Origin: Bacillota bacterium | GTDB lineage: Bacteria; Bacillota; Bacilli; Alicyclobacillales; SLC66 | Direction of reading: 5' to 3' | Assembly (NCBI GenBank): GCA_021821055.1 | Contig: JAKACX010000005.1 | Span: forward strand, 14,695-78,694 | Length of the DNA stretch: 64,000 nucleotides | Shown here: in pieces, positions 47,246 to 56,981 of the stretch | How the letters are laid out: each line of letters begins with the position of its first letter | Position numbering within the stretch: the stretch's first letter is position 1 | Notes under the pieces: generated by a model | Told to the model about the DNA's origin: nothing | Seen by the model: the letters and a program-made list of their open reading frames with translations, nothing else | Database searches by the model: none | Translations under genes and position numbers: made by a program

Positions 47246-49144
47246 ATGCTTCTTGAGCGCGTGAACGGACCAGAAGACGTGAAACTGCTGGCCCTTGATG
47301 AATTGGAGACTCTTGCGAGTGAAGTCCGGGAGTTTCTCGTGGATGAAATTATGAAAACCGGCGGCCATTTTGGCTCAAATCTCGGCGTTGTGGAACTGAC
47401 GATCGCGCTGCACTACGTGTTTGATTCGCCGCGTGACAAACTTGTGTGGGACGTGGGCCATCAGGCGTACGTCCACAAGATGTTGACAGGCAGAAAAGAC
47501 CGCTTCTCGACGCTGCGCCAGCATCACGGACTGGCGGGGTTCCTCAAGCGCAGCGAGAGCGAGCACGATGTATTTGGCGCCGGACATGCCAGTACGTCGA
47601 TTTCCGCAGCGCTCGGCATGGCGGTCGCGCGCGACTTGCGCGGCGAGGACCACCAGGTGGTGGCGGTGATCGGCGACGGGGCGATGACCGGCGGCATGGC
47701 GTTTGAAGCGCTCAACCACGCGGGTCATCTGAAAAAGCGTCTGCTGGTAATACTGAATGACAATGCGATGTCGATCTCGCCGAACGTGGGCGCGGTGTCG
47801 CACTATCTTACGCGCCTGCGTTCCGACCCGCACTACGGGCGGGTAAAGGCGGAGGTCGAGAGCCTGCTGCGCCGCATTCCGGTGGTCGGCGACCCGGTTG
47901 CCACGGCCCTCGAACGGGCCAAGAACAGCCTGAAGTACTTCGTGGTGCGCGGGGCTTTGTTCGAGGAACTCGGTTTCTCCTATCTCGGGCCGATTCCGGG
48001 GCATGATGCGCGGATGCTCGTCAGGATCCTTCAGGATGCAAAAAAAATGGACGGCCCTGTGTTGCTGCACGTGGTTACGCAAAAGGGCAAAGGGTACCCT
48101 TCGGCGGAGGACGCGCCGGACAAACTGCACAGTGTCGGCGGCACCGTCAAACAGCCGAAGCCTGTGGCGCCGACGTACACCCAGGTGTTCGCGGACACGT
48201 TGATCGGCCTGGCCGAACAGGATCCGTCGATTGTGGCGGTGACCGCCGCGATGGACACCGGCACGGGTCTGAACAAGTTCGCCGCCGCGTTCCCGGATCG
48301 TTGCTTTGACGTCGGAATTGCCGAGCAGCACGCGACGACACTGTGCGCGGGACTCGCCGCAAGCGGACTGCATCCGGTATTTGCCGTGTACAGCACGTTC
48401 TTGCAGCGGGCGTACGATCAAGTGATCCATGACGTCTGCATCCAGAAGCTGCCGGTCGTCTTTGCCATTGACCGCGCCGGTCTGGTGGGTCCGGACGGGG
48501 AAACGCACCAGGGAGCGTTTGACGCCTCCTACCTGCGCCTGATTCCGAACATGACGGTCATGATGCCGAAGGACGAAGCGGAACTGCGGCATATGCTGTA
48601 CACGGCGCTGCAGCTTGCGGCGCCCGTGGCGGTCCGTTATCCAAGGGAGAATGGAAGCGGCGCTAATCTGGCCGAACCGCTTCGCATGCTCGCGGTCGGC
48701 CGGTCGGAGTTGGTGCGCGAAGGGCGGGATGTCGCGCTGCTGGCGCTCGGTCCGATGGTGGCGGTGGCGGAGAATGCGGCGCTCATGTTGGCCGAAGCCG
48801 GCATCTCCGCGAGGGTTGTCAATATGCGGTTTGTGAAACCGATCGACGGCGAACTGATCGAGCGTCTGGCGGCGGAGCGCATTCCCGTGCTCACCGTGGA
48901 AGAGGCCAGCGCGGCCGGCGGGATGGGCGGCGCCGTGCTGGAGTACTGTTCCCTGCGCGGAATCGCGCTCACGGCGCGGATCATGGGCCTGCCTGACGCG
49001 TTTATCGACCACGGGTCGCGCCCGGAACTGCTGCACGCCGTCGGACTGACGGCGCAGGCGATCACGGACAACGCGCTGGAACTCCTGTCGATCGACCGCG
49101 CCGCGGTCGAACCTGCCGCCCTGCGCAAGAGCGCCGGGCGATGA
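47246..49144 (+). CDS. dxs: 1-deoxy-D-xylulose-5-phosphate synthase
   Basis: GGHFGSNLGVVELT, GHASTSISAALG, GDGAMTGGMAFEALN (ThDP motif), DRAGLVGPDGETHQG. Confidence 0.95.
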   Translation: MLLERVNGPEDVKLLALDELETLASEVREFLVDEIMKTGGHFGSNLGVVELTIALHYVFDSPRDKLVWDVGHQAYVHKMLTGRKDRFSTLRQHHGLAGFLKRSESEHDVFGAGHASTSISAALGMAVARDLRGEDHQVVAVIGDGAMTGGMAFEALNHAGHLKKRLLVILNDNAMSISPNVGAVSHYLTRLRSDPHYGRVKAEVESLLRRIPVVGDPVATALERAKNSLKYFVVRGALFEELGFSYLGPIPGHDARMLVRILQDAKKMDGPVLLHVVTQKGKGYPSAEDAPDKLHSVGGTVKQPKPVAPTYTQVFADTLIGLAEQDPSIVAVTAAMDTGTGLNKFAAAFPDRCFDVGIAEQHATTLCAGLAASGLHPVFAVYSTFLQRAYDQVIHDVCIQKLPVVFAIDRAGLVGPDGETHQGAFDASYLRLIPNMTVMMPKDEAELRHMLYTALQLAAPVAVRYPRENGSGANLAEPLRMLAVGRSELVREGRDVALLALGPMVAVAENAALMLAEAGISARVVNMRFVKPIDGELIERLAAERIPVLTVEEASAAGGMGGAVLEYCSLRGIALTARIMGLPDAFIDHGSRPELLHAVGLTAQAITDNALELLSIDRAAVEPAALRKSAGR

Positions 49145-49968
49145 AGGGCAGGGCGAGGGAACGGGCGGACGTCTTGCTGCACGAACAGGGATCCGCTGGC
49201 TCTCGCGAGGAGGCCAAGCGCCTGATCATGGCGGGGGTCGTTTTTGCCGGTTCGGAGCGGGTGAACAAGCCGGGCGCGCAGTATCCGGTTGAGGAAATGC
49301 TGCATGTGCGTTCCGCGTTGCATCCGTTCGTGGGGCGCGGCGGCGTCAAGCTGCAGCGGGCGCTCGACGTGTTCCGGGTGAGCCTGTCCGGGCGCGTGGT
49401 GCTCGATGTCGGCGCGTCCACCGGCGGATTTACGGACTGCGCGCTGCGCGCGGGCGCGAGCTCGGTTTATGCGGTGGACGTCGGTTACGGACAATTGGCG
49501 TGGAAACTGCGCACGGATCCGCGCGTCCGGGTATTTGAACGGACAAACTTTCGCCACATGGAAGTCGATGTGTTTTCTCCGCGTCCTGACGCCGCCGTCA
49601 TGGACGTTTCGTTTATCTCCATCGTGAAACTGCTGCCGAGGCTCGCTGCGGCGCTTCTGCCCGATTCTCCCGTCCTGGCCCTGGTCAAGCCGCAGTTTGA
49701 GGCTGGACCGGACAAGGTCGGCAAAGGCGGGATCGTCCGCGACGCGCAGATTCACGAAGAGGTGCTGCGCAGGGTTCTGCGGCAGTCAGGGGAGCACGGC
49801 TTTGCGGCTTTGGGCGCCACCGCGTCCCCCATCCTCGGCGGCGACGGGAATCGTGAGTTTCTCTTGTGGCTGCAGTCTCCGCCGACAGCTCGCGCCGCCG
49901 TTGACATCGACGTGCCGAGAGTGGTCGCGCGGGCGGCAGACGCAGTTGCGACGGGGGAGAATGGATAG
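49141..49968 (+). CDS. tlyA: TlyA-family rRNA 2'-O-methyltransferase (YqxC-like)
   Basis: S4 domain then FtsJ fold (VLDVGASTGGFTD); ATGA overlap with dxs. Confidence 0.85.
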   Translation: MKGRARERADVLLHEQGSAGSREEAKRLIMAGVVFAGSERVNKPGAQYPVEEMLHVRSALHPFVGRGGVKLQRALDVFRVSLSGRVVLDVGASTGGFTDCALRAGASSVYAVDVGYGQLAWKLRTDPRVRVFERTNFRHMEVDVFSPRPDAAVMDVSFISIVKLLPRLAAALLPDSPVLALVKPQFEAGPDKVGKGGIVRDAQIHEEVLRRVLRQSGEHGFAALGATASPILGGDGNREFLLWLQSPPTARAAVDIDVPRVVARAADAVATGENG

Positions 49969-50015
49969 TCTGCGGAAGGATTTCCGCCGCGCCTCGCGAA
50001 CAGTGTAGCGGGGGG

Positions 50016-50531
50016 ATGCGCATGGCTGTTCTGGCAGTCCTTACATTCTTGACGGTTGCCTACCTGTACCTGCGCGCCAAGTACCGCGCCAGCCCGCTCG
50101 GCGAGTTCTACGCCGAATCGAGGCGCGAACGCGTGATTCGCGGCGGGGAAGTGCTGCAGCGTCACGGATACCGCGTCATCGACGAACGCGTCGGGCACGA
50201 GGTGCAATCGTACGTCGGCGCGCGCCGCTTCACTACATACCTGATCGTCGATTTTCTGGTTGAAAAAGACGGCGTCGTCCACCCTGCCAAGGTGCGCTCG
50301 GCCCGGGATCCCCAGCGGATATCGGGAGCGTGGGTGCGACGCCAGCTTTGGCCGCTCTACGCGCTCTACGGCGCCCCGGTGGCATACGTGGACGCGGATG
50401 CCGGCACGATTGACCTGGTCGACTTTGAACTCGATTACCCCGGCCGCCATTACATGCGGCGCTGGCGCGGCCGCTTTGTGTGGCTGGTGGTCGGCGTGGT
50501 GACGGGCTGGCTGCTCGCCCGCGCCGGGTGA
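50016..50531 (+). CDS. Hypothetical membrane protein
   Basis: N- and C-terminal TM helices flanking a soluble core (GYRVIDERV...LIVDFLVEKDGVVHPAKVRS); no family recognised with confidence. Confidence 0.5.
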   Translation: MRMAVLAVLTFLTVAYLYLRAKYRASPLGEFYAESRRERVIRGGEVLQRHGYRVIDERVGHEVQSYVGARRFTTYLIVDFLVEKDGVVHPAKVRSARDPQRISGAWVRRQLWPLYALYGAPVAYVDADAGTIDLVDFELDYPGRHYMRRWRGRFVWLVVGVVTGWLLARAG

Positions 50532-50575
50532 GGGACGTGGGGACGCCCGCAGATCCCGGTGAAAGGTTGGATCAC

Positions 50576-51430
50576 ATGCAAAAGACGATCGGCATCATGG
50601 CAAACCGCACAAAGCCCAACGCGGACAGGGTGGGCGCGAAGCTGGTGGAACTCATTTTGCACAACGGTGCGCGCGCGCTGGTGCAACGGGACATGGCCGA
50701 GGTCGTCGGGCACCCCGAACTCGGCGTCGAACTCGACGACCTCGGGGTGAACGCGGACATTCTGTTCGTCCTCGGGGGAGACGGAACGCTGCTGGGCGCC
50801 GCCCGCCGCTTTGCCGGGCACGGGACGCCGCTTCTCGGGATCAATATTGGCCACCTGGGCTTCATGTCCGAGGCCGGGCCGGAGGACCTGACCATGGCGG
50901 TCACGCGGGTTCTGGAGGGCGATTTCTACCTGGAGCGGCGCATGATGATCCGTACCAGGGTGTACCGCCAGGGCGCCATGGTGCACGAGAGTTTCGGGCT
51001 GAACGACGCCGGGATCGGGAAGGGTTCTTTCGCGCGGATGATCGAGGTGACGGTGCACGTCGACGGCGACGAATTCGACCATTACACAGGCGACGGACTG
51101 ATCATCTCGACGCCCACCGGCTCGACCGCCTACTCACTGTCCTGCGGCGGCCCGATCGTCTTGCCCCACATCAGTGTCATGCTGATCACGCCGATCTGCC
51201 CGCATCAACTCGTCGCCCGGCCCTGTGTGATCGGCGCGGACCAGACGGTGCGCGTCAAGGTGTTTGCGCGTCATCACGACTTGGGCCTGACGGTCGACGG
51301 CCAGGTCGGCTTCGCGATGCAGTCGGACGACGAAGTGGTTGTTGAGCGGTCTCCGCATGACACGGTGCTCGTCCGTTGGCAGGAGCGCGCGTTTTTCTCC
51401 ACTCTGCGGGAAAAGCTGCGCGACAAGTGA
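50576..51430 (+). CDS. nadK: NAD kinase
   Basis: ATG 50576; VLGGDGTLLGAAR, GINIGHLGF, DGLIISTPTGSTAYSLS. Confidence 0.9.
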   Translation: MQKTIGIMANRTKPNADRVGAKLVELILHNGARALVQRDMAEVVGHPELGVELDDLGVNADILFVLGGDGTLLGAARRFAGHGTPLLGINIGHLGFMSEAGPEDLTMAVTRVLEGDFYLERRMMIRTRVYRQGAMVHESFGLNDAGIGKGSFARMIEVTVHVDGDEFDHYTGDGLIISTPTGSTAYSLSCGGPIVLPHISVMLITPICPHQLVARPCVIGADQTVRVKVFARHHDLGLTVDGQVGFAMQSDDEVVVERSPHDTVLVRWQERAFFSTLREKLRDK

Positions 51431-51505
51431 AGCGCGACGGGGCTCGTCCGCACGGCGCGCGCGCCGCGTCGGGGGCGCACGGGACGTCAGAAGGGGGGAG
51501 TGTCG

Positions 51506-51955
51506 GTGAAAGCGCAGAGGCTGCTCAAGATCCGCGAGATCATCACCGGGGAAATCATCGAAACGCAGGACGAATTGGTCGAGGCGTTGCGCGACGCCGG
51601 TTTCTCTGTGACGCAAGCCACGATCTCGAGGAACATCAAGGAGATGCGCCTGATCAAACTTCCGCTGGCGGACGGACGCTACCGGTATGCCCTGCCGACG
51701 GAACCGACGACGTTCAACCCGGAGGTCAAGCTGCAGCGACTGCTCAACGACGTGTTTGTCGCCATCGACTTCGCGGAGAACCTGGTCGTGATGCGGACCA
51801 TGCCGGGAAACGCCCATGCGGTGGCGTGGCTGTTTGATTCGCTGGATTGGCTGGAATTGCTCGGGACGGTCGCCGGAGACGACACGATCCTGCTCATCGC
51901 GCGGTCGCGGCAGGGAGCGGAGGCATTGGTTGAACGAATCCAGAGCCTGCTGTAG
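51506..51955 (+). CDS. argR: Arginine repressor
   Basis: (M)KAQRLLKIREIITGEIIETQDELVEALRDAGFSVTQATISRNIKEM...GTVAGDDTILLI; GTG 51506 follows AAGGGGGGAG (GTG 51500 overlaps the SD). Confidence 0.9.
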   Translation: MKAQRLLKIREIITGEIIETQDELVEALRDAGFSVTQATISRNIKEMRLIKLPLADGRYRYALPTEPTTFNPEVKLQRLLNDVFVAIDFAENLVVMRTMPGNAHAVAWLFDSLDWLELLGTVAGDDTILLIARSRQGAEALVERIQSLL

Positions 51956-51967
51956 GAGGGGCGTTTG

Positions 51968-53659
51968 ATGCTGCGAAGGCTGCATGTGGAAGACTTAGCA
52001 CTGATCGAAAATCTGGATTGGAATCCCTCTTCCGGATTCACGTGTCTCACGGGGGAGACCGGCGCGGGCAAATCGCTCCTGCTTGACGCCGTGGGACTAC
52101 TGCTCGGCAGGCGGGCGAATGTGGACATGATCCGCAGCGGCTCCGACAGGCTGTTTGTCGAGGGCCTGTTCAGTCTGGCCGGAAGCCGGGCGGCCGATGT
52201 GGTTGTCGCCTTGTTGGCCGAACAGGGCATTGCTTGCGAAGACGGGGAATTGGTCATATGGCGCGAGGTCAACAGTTCCGGAAAGACCGCGGCCCGCGTC
52301 AATGGCCGGCTCGTCACGGCCCAACTGTTGCGCGCTGTCGGCCAGTGGCTCGTGCACCAACACGGACAGCACGACAGCATGCTGCTCATGCGCAAGGAGG
52401 AACACCTCGCGCTGCTCGACGCATTCGGCGGGGACGAGGTGGACGCCGCGCGACGTGTGTACCAGGAACTGTATGACCTTCACGGCGCCGCAAAGAAGGA
52501 ACTGTCTGTCGCGCTGCAGGACAAAAAGGATCGCATGCAGCGCCTCGACGTGCTGACGTTCCAGTTGCGCGAGATGGAAGAAGCGCGCCTGCGCGAGGGG
52601 GAAGAGGTTCACCTGGGCCGTTTGCGCGATCGCTGGCAGCACGCCGAACGGCTGTATTCCGTGACCCGGGACGCTTATGAACAGTTGTATGACGGCCAGC
52701 CGCGCTGCCCCTCGGTGCTCGCGGTCTTGGCCGAACTGAAATCCGCCGTCTCGTCCGCGGTCGCGCATGATGCCGAGCTAAACGAGCTGCTGGAGTACCT
52801 CGACGTCGCCGAGGTCCACCTGTCAGAAGCGGCGGACTTTGCGCGACGCTACAAGGAATTGCTCGAGTTCGATCCGGAGAAGTTAAAGCGACTGGAAGAC
52901 CGTCTGGCCGTGCTCGACCGACTGTTTGGCAAGTATGGCGCGTCGAGTCATGAGGTGCTGGCGTACATGGCCGAAGCCGCCGCCGAGCGCGACCGTCTGG
53001 TGCACTACGATGAGACCGTCGTGAGCCTGCGCCAGCGCCTGGATGAAGCGGCGGAGCGGTTGCGCGCGGCGGCCGGGAGCCTGCGCCACAAGCGGCGCAG
53101 CGCGGCGCAGGTTATGGAACGGGAACTGCAGGCGGAACTGGAGCGCCTGCACATGCCATCGGTACAACTGTTTCTGCGTGTGAATCCGGTCGCGCCTGGC
53201 CCGTCCGGCGCGGATGAAGCCGAACTGCTGTTTTCGGCGAACCGCGGCGAGGAACCGAGGCCGCTCGCCCGGATCGCCTCGGGCGGTGAACTGTCGCGCA
53301 TCATGCTGGCGGTGGTACAGGTGCTGGCCGGGCGCAATCCGGTGGATACGATGGTCTTCGACGAGATTGACGCGGGCATCTCCGGGCGAGCCGCGCAGGC
53401 GGTGGCCGATCGGGTGGCGCACATCGCGCGGCATCACCAGGTGCTGTGCGTGACGCATCTGCCGCAGATGGCGTGCCGGGCCGCAGAGCACATGCTGATC
53501 GAGAAGTCCGTGGACCAGGGACGGACGGCGACGCGCATCCGCACACTGTCCGCGGAGGACCGCGTGGAGGAACTGGCGAAGATGATGGGCGGCGAACGGG
53601 TGACGGACACCACCAGACAGCAGGCGCGCGAGATGCTGGGCGCCGCCCAGACTGGCTGA
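51968..53659 (+). CDS. recN: DNA repair protein RecN
   Basis: LTGETGAGKSLLLDA Walker A, long coiled coil, ASGGELSRIMLA signature, MVFDEIDAGISG Walker B. Confidence 0.95.
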   Translation: MLRRLHVEDLALIENLDWNPSSGFTCLTGETGAGKSLLLDAVGLLLGRRANVDMIRSGSDRLFVEGLFSLAGSRAADVVVALLAEQGIACEDGELVIWREVNSSGKTAARVNGRLVTAQLLRAVGQWLVHQHGQHDSMLLMRKEEHLALLDAFGGDEVDAARRVYQELYDLHGAAKKELSVALQDKKDRMQRLDVLTFQLREMEEARLREGEEVHLGRLRDRWQHAERLYSVTRDAYEQLYDGQPRCPSVLAVLAELKSAVSSAVAHDAELNELLEYLDVAEVHLSEAADFARRYKELLEFDPEKLKRLEDRLAVLDRLFGKYGASSHEVLAYMAEAAAERDRLVHYDETVVSLRQRLDEAAERLRAAAGSLRHKRRSAAQVMERELQAELERLHMPSVQLFLRVNPVAPGPSGADEAELLFSANRGEEPRPLARIASGGELSRIMLAVVQVLAGRNPVDTMVFDEIDAGISGRAAQAVADRVAHIARHHQVLCVTHLPQMACRAAEHMLIEKSVDQGRTATRIRTLSAEDRVEELAKMMGGERVTDTTRQQAREMLGAAQTG

Positions 53660-53845
53660 CTGCCGATTTGCACGGGCCCGAACGTGAATATGGCTGCCGC
53701 CTACCCTCGGCCGCCTGCACGGAAGCGATCGCGCCAAAAGAGGCGCTTCAGGCAGGCGTGGCATGTTTTGTCCGACATTCACGGTGCGCGCAAGGGGCAC
53801 GATAACAGCACCGGGAAACGGCGAAGCAACGAGGAGGGACGCAGC

Positions 53846-55018
53846 GTGAAACGATCTTTGTTGGCGTCTGTAGCATTCGGACTTATTGTATACGCTTTTT
53901 CTTTCTTCGATGCGGCGCCACAGGCCATGGCGCAGACGGCCCCGTCCGCGCACCGCGCGGCGGGCGACGCGGTCCGGGCTGGCGCTGACGCCCGCACATG
54001 GACATGGTGGCTGCCCTTCACGGGCCCGGCGCAGACCGACCGCCTCCCTGCGGTCATCCCCGGCGGCCAGAGCATCGGCATCAAGTTGCGGGCAAGCGGC
54101 ATACTGGTCGTCGGCTACCACCTGATTCACAGCGGAAGGGATGCCGTGAGTCCGGGAATCCAGGCCAGGCTCCATGCCGGCGATGTCATCGTGCTGGTCG
54201 ACGGGGTGCGCGCGGGCAGCGTGGCCCAGGTGGCGCGCCAGATCGATGCGGTGGGCAAACGGGGGGCAAGACTGAAGGTGATGTTCAGTCGGCACGGAAA
54301 GTTGTATCAAACGGCCATACGTCCGATCTATGACGGTGACAGCGGGTCTTATCGCATTGGCCTGTACATCCGTGATTCGGCCTCTGGAGTTGGCACGCTC
54401 ACCTTCTATGTACCCGGGAGTCACAGCTTCGGCGCCCTGGGCCATGTGATCGCCGACGCCGACACTGGAGAGGCGATCGAGGGGCGCGGTCAGATCGTTC
54501 ACGCGGCAGTGACGTCGATTGACCGTGGCGAGAGCGGCCAGCCGGGCGAAAAGCGGGGACTGTTCGTCGACGAGCGCCACGTGGTCGGGAGCATCGAGCG
54601 CAACACCGAATTCGGCGTCTTCGGCCACATGCTGTCCGCGCCGGATCACGGATTGGTCGACCGCCCCGTTTCCGTGGCCGATCCGTCCGAGGTCCACACT
54701 GGCAGGGCGCAGATCCTCACGGTCGTAAGCGGTCAGAAGGTCGAGCGCTTTGACGTCATGATCGTCCGCGTAAATCCCCAGAATACCGCCCAGGTCAAGG
54801 GTCTCGTGGTCCGGGTGACCGACAGTTCGCTCATCCGCCGGACGGGAGGCATCGTGCAGGGCATGAGCGGCAGCCCGATCCTGCAGGACGGTCGGCTCGT
54901 CGGCGCCGTTACGCATGTCTTCGTGAGCGATCCGAGGCAGGGCTACGGAATCTTTGCCGCATGGATGTTGCGCAGTGCGGTGGGCATCCCGGCTGCTGTC
55001 GCGCCGCGGGCGGCGTGA
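53846..55018 (+). CDS. spoIVB: SpoIVB signalling serine peptidase (S55) with PDZ domain
   Basis: GTG 53846 is 7 nt after GAGGAGGGA; signal anchor, PDZ (GDVIVLVDG), GVGTLTFY...GALGHVI, GIVQGMSGSPI. Confidence 0.85.
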   Translation: MKRSLLASVAFGLIVYAFSFFDAAPQAMAQTAPSAHRAAGDAVRAGADARTWTWWLPFTGPAQTDRLPAVIPGGQSIGIKLRASGILVVGYHLIHSGRDAVSPGIQARLHAGDVIVLVDGVRAGSVAQVARQIDAVGKRGARLKVMFSRHGKLYQTAIRPIYDGDSGSYRIGLYIRDSASGVGTLTFYVPGSHSFGALGHVIADADTGEAIEGRGQIVHAAVTSIDRGESGQPGEKRGLFVDERHVVGSIERNTEFGVFGHMLSAPDHGLVDRPVSVADPSEVHTGRAQILTVVSGQKVERFDVMIVRVNPQNTAQVKGLVVRVTDSSLIRRTGGIVQGMSGSPILQDGRLVGAVTHVFVSDPRQGYGIFAAWMLRSAVGIPAAVAPRAA

Positions 55019-55031
55019 GGGCGTCGCAGGG

Positions 55032-55061
55032 GCCGGGATGATATCCCGGTCTCTTTTTTTT
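55032..55061 (+). terminator. Rho-independent terminator after spoIVB
   Basis: GCCGGGAT-gat-ATCCCGGT followed by CTCTTTTTTTT. Confidence 0.75.
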
Positions 55062-55066
55062 CGACA
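55060..55066 (-). promoter_or_regulatory. 0A box (TGTCGAA, inverted)
   Basis: TTCGACA at 55060-55066 is the reverse complement of TGTCGAA. Confidence 0.45.
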
Positions 55067-55120
55067 TTCTCGGCAGGCGGATGTCGGTTGGCGTCGCAAA
55101 CTATTTACAGGATAACTTAC

Positions 55121-55145
55121 AGGAAAGGGGGCGAAGTTGTCGAAT
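55121..55145 (+). promoter_or_regulatory. Sigma-H-like promoter overlapped by a perfect 0A box upstream of spo0A
   Basis: AGGAAAG (55121-55127), 13 nt, CGAAT (55141-55145), versus AGGAxxT-14-HGAAT; TGTCGAA at 55138-55144. Confidence 0.4.
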
Positions 55146-55275
55146 TATCAGTGAAGCCGCCATGAGCACGATTGTGGAAAGATGCGGCTCTCGTACATCC
55201 GTACGGCAAGGCCGCGATGGCCGCCGGACCGTCCGGCGCCGTCGGGAAGCGTGTGAAAAGGGGGATTTGATCATC

Positions 55276-56124
55276 GTGGGGAAGACGCGCGTGCTGATCG
55301 CGGATGACAATCGCGAATTCGCGGACCTCCTCTACGAGTACCTGAATGAGCAGCCCGATCTGGATGTGGTGGGCATCGCTTATCATGGTCAGGAGGTCCT
55401 GACGCTCGTCGAGGATTTGGAGCCGGATGTACTGGTCTTGGACATCATTATGCCGGTGCTGGACGGCATTGGCGTACTGGAACGACTGCGAAAGCTCCAT
55501 CTGGCGGTGGCGCCGCGCGTTATCATGCTGACCGCTTTTGGGCAAGATACAGTGACGAGGAAGGCGCTTGACCTCGGCGCCCTGTATTACGTCCTCAAGC
55601 CGTTCGACCTCGATGTCCTGGTCGACCGCGTGCGCGATGTGGCAGCCAACGCGTCGTACATAGAGCGGCCGCGCGCTGTTGCCGGCGCGACGGGTTCAGG
55701 CGCGGCATTCCCGTCTGGAATCTCGAGTCCGTCGGCTTCGCCGCGCGTTGTGTCCATTGCGGCGAAGCCGAGAAGCGTCAATCACCTGATTACCGGCGTC
55801 ATTCATGAGATAGGTGTACCTGCGCACATCAAAGGGTACCAGTATCTGCGTGAGGCGATCCTCATGGTATACAATGATGTCGAAATCCTGGGGTCTGTCA
55901 CGAAGGTTCTCTATCCGCAGATTGCCACACAGTTCTCAACCACGTCGTCGCGCGTCGAACGCGCCATTCGCCACGCCATCGAGGTGGCCTGGAACAGGGG
56001 GAACAGCGACGCGATCGCGCAACTGTTCGGGTATACGGTCAGCATGAGCAAGGCGAAACCGACGAATTCGGAGTTCATCGCGATGATCGCGGACAAGCTG
56101 CGGATGGAGACGCGGGCGGTTTAG
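55276..56124 (+). CDS. spo0A: Sporulation master response regulator Spo0A
   Basis: GTG 55276 after AAAGGGGGA; receiver [11 protein letters not shown]...[14 protein letters not shown]; C-terminal 0A domain [19 protein letters not shown]...[15 protein letters not shown]. Confidence 0.95.
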   Translation: MGKTRVLIADDNREFADLLYEYLNEQPDLDVVGIAYHGQEVLTLVEDLEPDVLVLDIIMPVLDGIGVLERLRKLHLAVAPRVIMLTAFGQDTVTRKALDLGALYYVLKPFDLDVLVDRVRDVAANASYIERPRAVAGATGSGAAFPSGISSPSASPRVVSIAAKPRSVNHLITGVIHEIGVPAHIKGYQYLREAILMVYNDVEILGSVTKVLYPQIATQFSTTSSRVERAIRHAIEVAWNRGNSDAIAQLFGYTVSMSKAKPTNSEFIAMIADKLRMETRAV

Positions 56125-56848
56125 CCCGGCGTTTGACCTCCACCGTGAACTGGTAGCGGTCGCTACGCATGAGCGATTGGACAAATTCCACAGGAGTCGA
56201 CCCGCTGAATGTGAGGCGTTCGACGGCAAATGCAGACTGGCCTTTTGGCACGGCGAGCAGTCTGCACTCGTCATCGTCCAACAGGACTGAACTGTAGCGC
56301 TCGATCGCCCGCTCCGGGTGGACGTCAAACGCGGACGCCAGCAGTTCATACAGTGATGCGCCGTCCTGGATCATGTTCCCCAGCGAAGGGAACATGTGTT
56401 GTGGCAGATGGGCTCTCTGCAGGCCCATGTGTTCGCCGTTTGCCGTAAGCAGGCGTTCGATTCTCCAGACCAGCGCGCCTGGAGCCAACCGCAGCCGCTC
56501 CGCCAGTCGCGCGGGCGGGCTGCTGAGTTGGCTGGAAACGATGTGCGACCCCGGCGTCATCCCCCGCTCAGCCATCTCCTCCGTGAAACTGAGCAGTGTC
56601 CGCGGTTCCGGTATCCATTTGGGAGCGGACACGAATGTTCCCCTGCCCTGCGCTTTCGTGATCATCCCCTCGTCGGCGAGGCGGTTGAGGGCCCGGACGA
56701 CGGTGATGCGGCTGACGCCGAACTGTTCGCACAACTGCTGTTCCGTCGGCAGCCGCTCGCCAACCCGCCACTGGTTGCTCTCGATGCCGGTTCGCAAGTG
56801 GTCGTGTATCTGCCTGTACAGCGGGATTCCTGTGGCCCGGTTGAGCAT
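56075..56848 (-). CDS. GntR/HutC-family regulator with UTRA domain (NagR/DasR-like)
   Basis: [57 protein letters not shown] wHTH plus UTRA; divergent from amino-sugar operon; 3' end overlaps spo0A by 50 nt. Confidence 0.85.
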   Translation of the reverse strand: MLNRATGIPLYRQIHDHLRTGIESNQWRVGERLPTEQQLCEQFGVSRITVVRALNRLADEGMITKAQGRGTFVSAPKWIPEPRTLLSFTEEMAERGMTPGSHIVSSQLSSPPARLAERLRLAPGALVWRIERLLTANGEHMGLQRAHLPQHMFPSLGNMIQDGASLYELLASAFDVHPERAIERYSSVLLDDDECRLLAVPKGQSAFAVERLTFSGSTPVEFVQSLMRSDRYQFTVEVKRRAKPPASPSAACPRSSR

Positions 56849-56881
56849 GCTCGACAGTCCCCTGTTCTCTCGTGCGGAATA

Positions 56882-56893
56882 TTGATATATCAA
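56882..56893. promoter_or_regulatory. Perfect 12-bp palindrome, candidate operator
   Basis: TTGATATATCAA in an AT-rich divergent promoter region; overlaps a TTGATA-18-TGaTATATT promoter for the plus-strand operon. Confidence 0.5.
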
Positions 56894-56981
56894 CATATTG
56901 TATGATATATTGTGACTTGTCAACCTGCGCGGACGGCGGCGTGTCGATCGCCGTCCACGCGGTGTCGTCGGGAAGGGGGCG

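Noticed and set aside
52883-55099. 738-aa minus-strand ORF
   Set aside because: It lies antisense to recN and spoIVB and shows the same compositional artefact.
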